A stretch of DNA of 64,000 nt. It comes from Lophium mytilinum (taxonomy: Eukaryota). Positions within the stretch are counted from its first letter, which is position 1, and each line of letters opens with the position of its first letter. The notes under the pieces were generated by a model, which ran no database searches, had not been told where the DNA came from, and was given only the letters and a program-made list of their open reading frames with translations. Shown here in pieces: positions 11,738 to 24,278 of the stretch. The translations under genes were made by a program, and so were the position numbers. Location: contig MU004181.1 in assembly GCA_010093605.1 (NCBI GenBank), positions 3,658,001 through 3,722,000 of the forward strand, written 5' to 3'.

Positions 11738-13420
11738 TTATTGCGAGCCTGATCGAGATGGGACCTGACAACAGGCTGATGTTGCACTAGTGGTATAGTT
11801 AGGCATACAATCTACGCAACCGCCATGCTCGGTCCAAAGTTTCTGAAAGAAGCACGGCGAGCCAGCCTTTCGACCCTCCTCATCAACAGTACGGTCCCAC
11901 GTCACTTTACCAGCATTGAACGCGTGCTCTTCAGCATCAATAATCTTGCCCAGTCCGGTATCCTTCAGTGATCTATGCAGAGCCGTCTCCATGAAGTCTG
12001 CTCGTGCTCGGGACCACCAGTACGTTTCTGCTGATAGAAGCGCTTTGACGCCTCGATAGAAGTATAACAGTACCATGTATGCCCTACAATCGTTTCTGCG
12101 GACCATGGCGTTGAATACCGCATCCGACCGGATCGGAAAGGAGAATAAGTAGAGTGCGACGGAAGAATATAGCCCATCATGCATGGGCTTGGTCGATTCA
12201 TAGGTGTGTGCTCCCTCCGGATCGCGGACGATCAGCAACCGCGTATCTGGCTTCGGTGGCTTGCACATAGAAAGCAGCGGAGCGAGTCGGCACGATGCTG
12301 TCATGTATGCTGCCAGGAGCTCTCTATCAGCATCACTAGTATTTTCGGTGGGCTCGCTGAGTCGTATGAGGTCGAACCATCCCTCCGCCTCTTCTGCGTT
12401 CGCTGACATTGTGATCTTCTCGATGAGCGAGCGGTTCGAGGACACCCCGGCTATGGCGGTGGTGTTGGAGAGGGGGTTCTCTATGCATTGGAAATAGCGT
12501 TTGAGGTAGTCTTCGAAGTACTCAGGGGCTTTTGAGCAGCGTCTCGCTGCTTCGATAATGGGAAGTTGGGGAAGAGAGCTGGTGGTTGCTATCCAGGCGC
12601 TTCCGTTTCTGGTAAGGAGGTGCTTTGCTTTGCCGAAGATTTCTTTTAGGCCGGCGGAGAGGGTGAAGATGGGGTCTGTAGAGACGTCAAGGGACTGTTT
12701 GGGATCTTGTCCATCTGAGTCGATTCCGGGAGAAGATGGCGTAAAAGCGTCAAGGTTTGTCCAGGCGTGATGATACAGGAGTATCGCAGTTGCCATAAGC
12801 GCATCGGCGTTGTCATGTGTCACTGGACCCGAGAGCGCTTTGCGAAAGAGGCGAAGAGTCTTCGATAAGTGGAATACGGAAGCCTTGTAGTTTCGAGGAT
12901 CCTGGGGCTCTAGGTGATGTAAATGCGTGGCGGATATGAGGAGAATAGCATGCATTAGGTATTCGTGGGTAAAGCTTTGCCGCATGATGCCATTTCGCCA
13001 CAGGTGCTCGCCGAAGATGAGGGTGGGTGCTGTTCGAGTGCCAAACGTGTGGAAAAGCTTCATTTGGTATAGGTTCACTTCTTGGGTGAGACCGAGAAAC
13101 TCGTCGCTCTGCGATGGTAGAGGCCGCAGGATCGGTAGACTCTCCTGAAGATTGCAGCATTCTCCTCGTCTAATGCAGTTGTGGCATGCTGGGAGCTCCT
13201 CGTCGCACTGATGTGCATGAGCAGGAGGTTCAATGGCAGTTTGTTCATATCATACCTTAACACGACGTCGCTTGCACCCAATACAGCCACGCTTGGACTT
13301 CGCGTGACGGCGGCGCTGGCGACAGCTGCGGCCGTGGACATCTTGCAAATCTGGTGCCGATCCGTCCAATCGCTGGGCTGACACATGAAAGAAGGAGATT
13401 TTGGGGCTTTCAGGAGACAT
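11738..13420 (-). CDS. Zn2Cys6 transcription factor, Upc2/Ecm22-like; 2 exons
   Basis: Spliced cluster RRRHAKSKRGCIGCKRRRVK|CDEELPACHNCIRRGECC, with a GTATGA intron at K|C. Downstream HEYLMHAILLISATHL...FRKALS...NADALMA is typical of the Upc2-type fungal TF domain. Confidence 0.9.
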
Positions 13421-13482
13421 GATTGATTACAATGATAGGGTTTGTAGGAAGAAAAAAAACCAGAACGTGATGAAGGCATGTA

Positions 13483-14113
13483 GCTGTGCCCCCCGAAACA
13501 CCAATCGAGGAATATTGTCAATTTTCGCTGATTATTAGCAATCGGGGACAATATCGACTAATTATTTTGACATCGGCCAATGCTTGATTATTAGGCTAAT
13601 TAGGATAATTAGCGAACGGGGGGTAGCACAAGCCCCCGATTGCTAATCGGGAGGGGAGAATTACCTTCTAGTTCTAAGAAATACCTCGTGTACCTAGTGT
13701 ATAGCTGTCTTAGAAGGTATATTATATCTTAAGAACTAGCCCTCTTATTTCTTATAGGGATAAGTTGGCTAATTTTACCTTCTTAGTAAACGGGGGGGCA
13801 CACCTCCTAATTAGGGTAATCTTGTGCTCCCTCCCAATTGGCAATCGGGGGCTTAAAATTTTGGTAATTGGCTTGTATTCCCTCCCAATTAGCAATTGGG
13901 GGCGTGTACAACCTTAATTATTGGCGATTCTCGGGCTTGTACAACCCCGTTTGGCGATTAGAGGCCTGCCCCCCCCGTTAAGCGAGCAATTGAATTAGCC
14001 CAATAATTAAACATTAGCTAATGTTAAAATAATTGGTCGATTTCGTCCCCGATTGCTAATAATCAGCGAAAATTAACAATAATCGTCGATTGGTGTTTGG
14101 GGGGGTGCATAGC
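13483..14113. mobile_element. Non-autonomous TIR element (MITE-like), ~630 bp, RIP-like degraded
   Basis: ~120 bp imperfect terminal inverted repeats at 13483-13601 and 13993-14113, including a perfect 30-mer AATTTTCGCTGATTATTAGCAATCGGGGAC. Mismatches are mostly transitions. AT/TpA-rich interior, no credible ORF, no clear TSD. Confidence 0.8.
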
Positions 14114-14152
14114 AGATCTTTGACAGGGATCAGCAGCGCCGTGTACGCTTTC

Positions 14153-14655
14153 GGTATACGAGGGTCTTACGACTCGTAGCAACCAATAAGAGACCCAATT
14201 GCGACGGCGGAGCTCTCAGCCGCTAACGGTATTGAGTGTACGATGTGCTTTAGCCTATCGTGATCTAGCTTCATCCCTCCCTCTTTATCTCGTATACCAA
14301 CCTGGGCGAACTTCTTACGCCTTCTCATCAGCATGCCAACAGGCCGCCTCGTACGCTCGAAGCAGAGCGGGGAATGAGACGGGCTTAATGATGGATCATG
14401 TCTCGTTTCCTGCAATCACGAAACGAGTTGACCGCACACCAGAGGCTCAACTCGCAGGACTGTGCGCAGCGTCAATTAATTGAGCCTCTATAAGTATGAC
14501 CAGTTCACTAGCTTCCAGTCAAGAAGTGTCCGAGACCTTATGTAAAGCAAACCTCTTCCATGTTTCAACGATTTTTTCACGTATACATGCAAGCTGGTTA
14601 AATTTTATCAGAGCAATTTGCTTCCTTCCTTTCTGGTGGACCACACCTCGTGTTG
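14153..14655. promoter_or_regulatory. Candidate Upc2-type (TCGTATA/CTCGT) binding-site cluster upstream of the ABC transporter
   Basis: GGTATACGAG at 14153-14162 and CTCGTATACC at 14289-14298 are the same 10-mer, inverted. CTCGTTTC 14402 and GAAACGAG 14420 form an inverted pair. Further cores at 14173, 14348 and 14647. Confidence 0.5.
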
Positions 14656-14760
14656 CTGTCAAATATCTCCACCGCCTGCCACTGGCCCGCCCATTCGACC
14701 ATCTTTCAGACTCTTGTCCTACTCCAGTATCTCCAAAATAACTCATGACTGTTTGCTGAA

Positions 14761-17700
14761 ATGGTTGATGAGACCGAGCTTGACCTGCTGCCCGAATCCA
14801 GAAACTCCCGCCAAGACAATGACTACTTCCGCAAACTCACAGAAGTAGAACAGCAAGTCGTTCAAGCACAAGTCGGTGCGCCATCTGTCAAGATTGGCTA
14901 TTTTGCGCTCTACCGGTATGCTACCAAATTTGAGATTTTGATTATGGCCATATCGGCTCTCGCTGCGATGGCCGGAGGTGCTGCTTTTCCCTTGATGACG
15001 GTTAGTCTATATACGCTGGTATCTCGAGGTCTATCTGACTGTTGGCGTAGCTCGTCATTGGAAACCTCGCAGGTAATTTTAGCAAGTTTTACACCGATCC
15101 TTCAAGCATACACGATTCTGTCCAACATACTATTCTAAACTTGTCGATGTTTCTGGTCTATATCGGTGAGTCTTTTCAGTTCCATTGACGCTGTGGCCTC
15201 AATTATTACTAATCATATTGAACACCAGGCATTGGCATGCTGGTTAGTTATTTTGTCGGTATGGTAGGCTTCAGTTACACCGGCGAAAGCATGACCCAAA
15301 AGATTAGGGAGCTCTACCTAGAAGCAGTATTCCGTCAGAACATTGCTTTCTTTGATTTTCTGGGATCTGGAGAGATAACGACCCGACTCACTGCCGGTGA
15401 GATATTTTCCTTGATCGCAGCTTGCCAAGTCTTACTATGCTAAATCTCGCAGACTTGAATCTAGTCCAAGATGGTGTTTCCCACAAAGTAACACTTGTCA
15501 TATCCGGCGTATCTATGTTCTTCTCCGCGATAATTCTCAGCTTTGTTCGGTCCTGGAAGCTTGCACTCGTTATGCTCTCCTCAGTAATTTCCATTTGGCT
15601 GGTTCTCGGGATCCTCGGGAGCTTCATGCGGTCCTATCAAACCAAATCTGTCAACGCCTACGCCACCGCAGGCAGTCTAGCTGAAGAGGCAATATCATCT
15701 TCTCGCAATGTCACTGCTTTTGGAACTCAACCACGCCTGATAAAGAAGTATGACGCCGTGTTAGACGAGGCTTCCAAGTTCGACCTCAAGGCGAAGGCTA
15801 CCCTTAGTCTCATGATTGCTTGCGCTTTAGCTATTCTAAATATGCAGTACGGCCTAGCATTTTGGCAAGGCTCACGCTGGGCGAACTCAGGCGATCTAAC
15901 AATTTCCCAAATACTCACAGTAACAATGTCGTCGATGGCAGCAGGAGCCACTTTACACCACATAACGCCTCATATCGGCACTTTCGGGTTGGCAGTAGCG
16001 GCCGCCACTAAGATATTCAGCACTATTGAGAGGAAGTCTCCGATTGATCCTGGTTCCGGAGCCGGAGATGTTCCAGAGCAATTGAGTGGCAAGATACAGT
16101 TTAGCGATATCAAGCACGTATATCCTTCAAGACCGGAGAAACCCATTCTCGATGATTTCAATCTCACGATAGATGCTGGGAAAATCGTTGCTATCGTCGG
16201 ATCATCAGGATCAGGCAAGTCGACCTTGCTTGGCTTGCTGGAGCGGTTCTACCTTCCTATCGCCGGGAAAGTATTCCTGGATGGAAGAGACATCTCCACG
16301 TTGAACCTCAGATGGCTGAGGCGAAACATGTCACTGGTCAGCCAAGAGCCAGTGCTCTTTAACAATACTATCCACGACTGTATCGAACACGGTCTGATTG
16401 GAACGGAGTACGAGAGTGTAAGTGCATTTCAATAGACTTTCTTGGCAGGTTCTCCGCTATGTCAAGTTCCCATGGGCGTTAATAGAGCACTAAAGCACCC
16501 ATCTCCCCAAGAACGCAAGAGGAACCATCACTGACTGGACGATGAAGGCTTCTTCCGAGACCAAAACAAAACTTATCGAGGATGCTGCTCGAACCGCAAA
16601 CGCCTACGACTTCATCGAACGTCTTCCCCAGAAGTTTCAAACCCGTGTAGGAGAACGTGGATCGCTTCTCTCTGGCGGACAGAAACAACGTATTGCAATT
16701 GCGCGTGCAGTTGTATCCGACCCCCAAATTCTTCTCCTAGATGAGGCTACTGCTAGCCTCGACACCCGCTCCGAAAGCGTTGTGCAGAAAGCTCTGGATG
16801 CAGCCTCAAAGGGCCGTACGACCATAGTCATAGCTCATCGGCTATCAACAGTCAGGCATGCTGATAACATCGTTGTGATGGTTGGTGGGAAGATTGTAGA
16901 AGAAGGAGCGCACGAACAGCTTCTCGCGCGAAAGACGGTTTATTACTCCTTGGTCCAGGCACAGGAGCTGATGGGAAAGACCGCGGCATCTTTAAAGCCT
17001 TCCACCAATGAAAGTGATACGGAAATATTCGAAAAGAGCGAAAACTTGGAGCCCTTACGCAACATCCAATCCATCGAATCTCAGCATGAACTCAACAAAG
17101 AAGGGATTATAGACCCAGCACACACTGATTCGGAAGTTACGAGCACGACCTGGCAGCTGATGAAGTTCATCTGGTCTATCAACAACGAAGAGAGGCGATT
17201 GATCTACCTGGGCATCGTGTTTGCGACTTTGGCAGGTTTTCTGCAGCCCATCCAAGCCATCTTCTTCGGGCACTCGATTGATGCCATTTCCGGATCTACC
17301 GACAGTTCTGGTGGCCACGGTATCAACTTTTGGTGTCTCATGTTTCTCATGCTAGCCCTAGTAGCGCTTGTGATCAATGCGATTCAAGGAACGGCGTTGA
17401 GTTTCGGATCGGCGTGGGTGGCCCCTTCCTATAGTAGTGCTGGCACCATCTAATCACTCATAGACGGCTTATCCGGCGGGCTCGGTCCCTTGCCTTTCGT
17501 TCGATCCTACGACAGGATATGTCATTCTTCGACACGGATGAGGTAACCTCGGGCTCACTCTCGTCATTTCTTGCGACAGAACCCAACCGACTCGCTGGAA
17601 TCAGCGGTGCCATTCTCGGCACTCTCTTGACCGCAACCGCCACCATACTCGGAGGTTTCGCTGTTGCGGCCTCTTTCGGGTGGAAACTGGCTCTGGTCTC

Positions 17701-19153
17701 TGTATCTACGGTACCATTTCTACTAGCCTGTGGTTATTGGCGATTTCAGGTATGTTTTGGTCCAATAAACCTGCGGATACACTACGTACCCTCGTTATAG
17801 CTTCGTAAAGATATCCTATACTGATCGTGTCTAGGTCATCAAAAACTTCGACAGTCGCATGCAAAGCAACTCTGAAGCCGCAGCGTTCGCATGCGAAGTC
17901 GCGTCGTCAATCCGGACCGTAGCCTCACTGACCTTGGAGCGACATCTGCTGGATCTCTATCGCCAGAAGCTCAAGACTCAAACAGTCGGCAACTTGCGCT
18001 TCTCGGCGTACTCCTCGTTTCTCTTTGCTCTTTCGAACAGCTTGTCAATGTTTGCGATGGCTCTTACATTCTGGTATGGAGGTTCCTTGATTCTGGACGG
18101 CCAGTATAGCCTCGTGCAATTCTTCGTGTGCTACGTCGCGATCATTCTCTCTTCTCAGACCGCTGGAGGTTTGGCAGCCTACGTGACTGATGTTGGGGAT
18201 GCGCGTTCCGCGGCTCAACGTGTTCAATCTCTTCTCAATCGTAGGCCGCGTATCGACGTCTGGTCGACGGAAGGCCAGAACGTAGAGGTCGCCGAGGGGA
18301 AAATCGAGTTCCGGGATGTTCACTTCACCTATCCTACCCGTCCGCTTCAAAAGATCCTCAAGGGAGTCTCGTTTACCGCGCTGCCAGGCCAGTTCATCGC
18401 TCTCGTCGGGGCCAGTGGTTGCGGCAAGTCCACCGCGATGGGATTACTGGAGCGATTCTACGACCCTACGTCAGGTTCGGTCCTCCTAGACGGTGTTCCA
18501 GTACCCCAATACAACCTCCAGGACTACCGTAGCCAGATAGCACTCGTTAGCCAGGAAACAATGCTCTATATTGGCACCATTCGAGAGAACATCCTCGCGG
18601 ATGACGATACAGTCCCTGATAGCGCTATCGTGCAAGCTTGTAAAGATGCGAATATCTTTGATTACATCGTGGGTGTATTCGCGCCCGAACTTCTACCTGT
18701 CTTTGCTGATTAGAGATTCCCAGAGCTCGCTACCAGATGGCTTGAATACCCTCGTGGGTACCAAAGGTATGTTGCTCTCCGGAGGCCAACGCCAGCGCCT
18801 TGCCATTGCCAGAGCGTTACTGCGCAACCCTAAGATACTGTAAGCTTCCTCGTGATAGACCCGATCAGAATATCCTATCCAAAAACAACTCGTAACTTTG
18901 TCCTAGCCTCCTCGACGAAGCAACCTCCTCCCTTGACTCGACCTCCGAAGCCGCTGTCCAAGCTGCTCTCGACAAAGCTTCGAAAGGGCGCACCACGATC
19001 GCGATCGCGCATCGCTTGAGCACTGTCCAGCACGCAGACTGCATCTATGTGTTCGAGAACGGGCGAGTGGTGGAGAAGGGCCGACACGAAGAACTGGTAG
19101 CGAAGGGAGGCGTGTATTGGGAGTTGGCGAGACTGCAGGAGTTGGGGGTTTGA
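14761..19153 (+). CDS. Full-size ABCB/MDR (P-glycoprotein-like) transporter, multi-exon
   Basis: Two TMD-NBD halves. Walker [10 protein letters not shown] and GASGCGKST; signatures [14 protein letters not shown] and [37 protein letters not shown] twice. Stop TGA at 19151-19153. Confidence 0.95.
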
Positions 19154-22100
19154 AGTGAGCAAACTCCCAGAACGCGATGTATTCGGAAAATATGCTTGAG
19201 CTATAGACACTTAATTTCCTTTGTATAATTGATTTAAGATTTCTAGACGGCCTCGCAAATCTTGCCTCAAGGCCTATCAGGCTTTTCAGCACGGCTGATA
19301 GTCTTACTTGAGTGATTCGCTGAGAGTGTCTTTTGCGACTGCGATCTGAATAACAGCATTCCTGAGGCTCGCTGAGTAATAGGGGTGGTCTAAGATGCTT
19401 GACTCGGCGTCCGAAATTTACCACCGGCTAGCATAGCATCATCGTGATCGGATGAATATCCAGATCGGCTGGGTAAAAAACTAGGAAAGTCGTCAGTAGA
19501 GGGAGGGTCGCTGTTAAGCCTATGCGATCAGCTCTTTTATCTCGCGAACTAGGCCGCGTTCGGCACCAGCACTTAGATCGCGGAGGCTACGGCTAAGGGA
19601 TTAGAGCAGGCCCAGCGGGATCCTGCGTCTAAGATTATCACGGCAGCGATCACGATGCTTTGCCTGCCAAAAGAACTCATTTCAGTACCGATTGCCGTAG
19701 AACAACCTGGCTTCATCAAGTCTTCGACCCTGATGTCCAGCAGGCTTATTTTGAACATGGCATTCCTCGCTTGTGATCCAAGTAGGAGTTTGAGTGTGTC
19801 GACCTAATGTTGGATCTATCTCCTGTCACTAGTCCGCACACATATCGTTGTTCTCGAGGTGTCAATGATATGGCATTAAGTTCTGGGGTGGAGGGCGAAG
19901 ATGAAATAGGAGGACGCAAGGTGAAATATTACCCCTAGCGCTTTGCTGGGGAAGTAGATGAAATGGGTTGCTCGTGATATTCGTCTATGTGTGCCGTATT
20001 GCTATTGTATGAGATAAATAAAGGTGATTTTATGACGCTTTGACAAGCTGTAGTCAAAGAATCGTGTTGAGCGGTCTGTGAACTCGCTGGGCCACCTTAG
20101 GCATCGTCGCAAAGAGGACACGTGTGTTCGAGGATTTGTGTGGCGTGTCGATAAGGTGTCGCAACGTGATGAGAAGGGTGTGACCGGAGCTGTGCCCTTC
20201 ATCACGTTCCGGAGACCCGAAGTTTGTCGCTCACGAGTACGCCCGACTACTGTGAAGACGTAAGCAGAGACAATGAACTGCGGCAAATGTCGGAAGAAGG
20301 AAGAAAGCACGCAAAGATTCTCGTCTGATACGCTGTAGAAGTGAGGCCACTTCGATAAGACTCTTTGTGTGTTGCCCAACTCAGGAGAAGCAAAATTCAC
20401 TTCCGGTGAACAAGGTCTTGGCAGCAGACTTGAGTCGTAATCTCGCCCTCACGGAGGGCTGGTTTCGTACTCAGTCCACTGTCGAAAGCAAAAGGGGTAA
20501 TTTTGAGAAAAGCAGGGCTACCGAGCCTAGGGGTAGAGAATCTGGACCTCATTTTTTGCACCCGCCGCGTGTAGTGCCGCGTTGGTGAGCAAGCATTACT
20601 AGATTATTGGATAGGGCAGTGTTACAAGTGCGCCGCCTCATAATATCGTTGGTCTTCGCTGCTTTTCGGAGGCTATAAAACCCCTTTAATATCGTGAGGC
20701 GTTCGTGAGACATGTCTGATTGTGCCGGGCGGCGGACCTTGCCATCTGTCCGGTGATGATGTCCAAGTTTATTTGGAAAGGGACTTTCAGAGATCAGAGG
20801 GTCGTGAGACACGCTGGAGTAGTACATAGAGTACTGAAGTTCAATGTGAGAGTCCGGGGCGCTTCCCTGGGGCCTTGAGACACTCCGGGGCAATGTTGGT
20901 CACACGGGCCCCATGTTCACCACAACGGGGCAACTATTTTTTTCAGAACAAGTTATGCTGTTTTTGGAAGCGTTTGGGGATCTTCGACCGGAATTCTAGT
21001 GATCACGGATGCCAGCGTGGCTGCGGCCTAAATCAGCGGTGTGAGGTTGCAGGACAACTCACGATGCTTCAAGCATCAGCAACGCCAACGGTGGCAAAAT
21101 CAGGGACCAGGATGCACGGAAGCCCTAAAAGAAGGAGAAGGTGTTTCTGTGGATACGGCAGGTGCGGAACGTGGTATCGGCTGTCATCAGCGGCGTGCGG
21201 GGTCCGATGCGTTGTCAAAGCTCCAGCAGTGATACCATCATCAAGCTAGACGTCCTCTATCTGGTGGTGAAGAGCGTCAGAGTCTCCTGATATGGTAGAT
21301 CTGAAGCAGCGGGCAAATGGGCGAGAGCATTTGGGAAGGAAACCGCCGGCCCCAGCGCTTGCGGCCCACCACGCGCTGACTCCTGGATGGGTATTCGCAT
21401 CGTGTTCCAGTGTTTGGCTACGAAGATCAAGGGCGGGTATCGAACAGCACCCGCTGTCTGAGTGGCCCGGCGTGTTTCCAGATCATTCAAGCTCATCAGT
21501 GGTAGATAGGCCTCCGCGGGGATCAACATGCTGTATACCCGAACCGTATGAGCTTTCATGCTAGAGAGCCCTACATTAACATTCTACTGATGGTGGGCGG
21601 GGTTCGCGAATTCCAGAATAGAGGGCCCCTTTGCCGCCACACGGGGTTTGAATGTCGTGCTGCAAGCAGATGGCATTGCCAACGTGTCTAGCATGAAGCG
21701 GCGGACCCGTGGACGATCGGTGAAGGCCCACTGAGAAAGGTGCAAGTTCACTGGACCAGCAGCATGTCGTGCATAGCGAGCGATAATACCCCTGAGGTTC
21801 CCCAGAGGAGCATTGGAGCATTGAGACCTAATCAATCGAAGCCCATTGACGAGTCGGGTCGGTAATCGTTGGTGATGCACAAGGAAAGCAAATACAGTTC
21901 CAGTCATTAGCCTGCGTAAACCTATTGTCCCGGCCGAGGTTCCTTCAAGATATCTTCAGTCATCGATGAACAAGGTCCAAGCGGATAAGACAGGTTGTTT
22001 CGTGTTTTGTCTCGGAGCAGTCGAATAGTGACATACTAGTCTAGCGTACGCAGGTCTCTGACGAGGCGATGTACTGTTTGGGGTCTCCGCTAGGAATGCA

Positions 22101-23029
22101 ATGCAGAGCTGCCCTTGGGCTGGAAGCTGTTGATTGCGAAGGTACCACAGGGTGTTCCTGGCAGACGCTCGGATGCGGATTGGGGAGTGAACGTGTGACC
22201 TGGGAGACCTGGATAGACGTGATAATGCCCAACTCGAGGAGCCAGAGTGAGCGCCAGTGCGGTTCCCGGCGAGTTGGAGGGATGGGCACCGCTGCCTCTG
22301 GGACGTGAGTTGTGATCGGCACTCCACTGTTCGCGCCAAGCCTAAACAGATCATCTTGCCTTGAAGTCGTTGACTGCTCGATTTTCCTGGCCGAAAAGGA
22401 GAGATGCAATTGAAGCTGCTTCTGAGGAGAGAGTGTCGATCAGACGCCTCAGGGAAGAAGAGGTGGCAAAACGGCATATAATATATGACCTCTCGTCGGC
22501 CACGAGCGCGGACTGAAGGGTGCCAACGCACAGCTTGCTGTTCAATTCAGTCATCGTGAGGCCGGTGAGGCAGGGGAGCACGCCCTGATGCTCGTAAGCC
22601 GGTGCTGGCTCTAGGCCGAAAAAACGCTGGCTTGTCGGCTCCTTCAAGCCCCAGTTCGGGCTCGAGCGCGCCCAGGGCGTGGTTGGGCAGCTGGGCAGGG
22701 CGGAACCTTGGGGCGCGCGAAGTGAGGCGATTCCTGGGCCCATGCTTTCCACCCTCCCCGAGCAGGTCAGCCCAACCATCGTGTCCGAGCCGCGTCGCCG
22801 GATTCAAGCCCGGCTGCTGGATAGCGAAGCCTGAAATCACATTACCGATGTGCCTATAATATTTAAGGGGGACCGACTTGGAAGGCCAGGAAACACCCTT
22901 CCGGTCTTCCATCCAACCTTGACATCAGCAGCTGGCTCTGTACATCACCTCTTAGCTTCATCCTCGAGTCGATCGATCGAGAATAATATATAGATTCCCT
23001 CTTTTCTTTCCTCTCCAATACGTTCCGAA

Positions 23030-23447
23030 ATGGCTGCTGCTCAGAACAGCTACTTCGTGCCCGGCTTTGGCATTTCCAGGGCTGTAATACAAAATGAGAT
23101 ACGTTATCATTGCGGACCAGACGCGATAGTGAGGCCCTACACACACCAGGTACGTTCTGCAGTGGTCGTGGTACAGCCATATCGACATCCGAGACAAGGC
23201 TGACATGGATTACAGGGGAGAGATGGATTCCTTGTGACAACAGCAGGTCCACCATTGACCAAAGTACTTCGCCCCTGAGGATTGTCGCTGACCGTTCTTG
23301 TGCTGACTGGAGCAGGCACAAATCGAAGACCTGAAGGACGCTTCTCGGGATTACGAGGAGAAGCAGGCCATGCGCGGCGAGGGCGACAACGATATCTTCG
23401 TCAACAAGCCCATCCCTGTGGGCCAGAGGCTGCGACGAAGTGCATGA
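23030..23447 (+). CDS. 99-aa small protein resembling the conserved N-terminal domain of fungal RfeG; exons 23030-23149, 23216-23263, 23316-23447
   Basis: Two phase-0 GT-AG introns with CTGAC branch points give MAAAQNSYFVPGFGISRAVIQNEIRYHCGPDAIVRPYTHQGRDGFLVTTAGPPLTKAQIEDLKDASRDYEEK...RRSA*. The RfeG similarity is from recalled motif pattern. Confidence 0.8.
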
Positions 23448-24278
23448 CACAGCAGAAATCGATTCGAAAAGTTTTCCTGCGGCGAAAGGCGGATTGGGCA
23501 AATCGAGCGTTCTTTGTATCATTTGGACTTACTGGAGTTCGACTGGGCTGCCGTTTCTGTACTCTTTTCGGGATGGCAATGTCCATTATGCAGAATCCGG
23601 CGTTCTGATCAAGGTTATACCACTTATGTTGTATTAGCAAATCGATTGTTTTCCACTTTCCGGAAGAATCGCTCCCTTCTTCTCCACTCCATCATCATCC
23701 AGAAAGGTCCCGTGCAGTCTGCCTGCTGCTCTGCCTCTCGCTCGAGGCCTCAACATCCCTCACCATCTTGACCATTCCTATCCGGTGCTGCGAGAAATGT
23801 TTTCGATCAAGCTTGTGTCATCATGAGCAACGGAAGAGAGGAGAGAGAGCGTCGTCCACTGATGGCAGCGGCAAGGCTGATCGACCTTGCGACTTCCCCC
23901 TGAGGTTAAACGTTCGGCGTCGCCTCTCCGCCAATCAACGCCTAGTGCGCTCTCCTGTTCACCATCGCGGAGAAGACTGCTCCTAGAAGCTTAGAAAGGC
24001 AAAAACAGATCGATTTGATAAATTCTAGCCAAGTATGGGAATTCCAGACATAATCTATACTCTAGGAAACGGCAATATACGATTCATACGACCAAGATAT
24101 ATCCGAGAACCCACAAACGTGACATCTAGGCCGTTTCTGCATCGCAGTAAAACCACCATCATGATCAGAGTCCTTTGTGGCGTGGACATTCCAAATCCCA
24201 GCTACCATGTTCAATCCTTCTCGATCGTAACTCAACTCTCAAAAACACAATCATTCGTCGACGACAGAACCCATTCGC

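Noticed and set aside
19770..23000. Many 60-220 aa ORFs in a long gap
   Set aside because: No recognisable domain or consistent splice model; treated as non-coding or regulatory.
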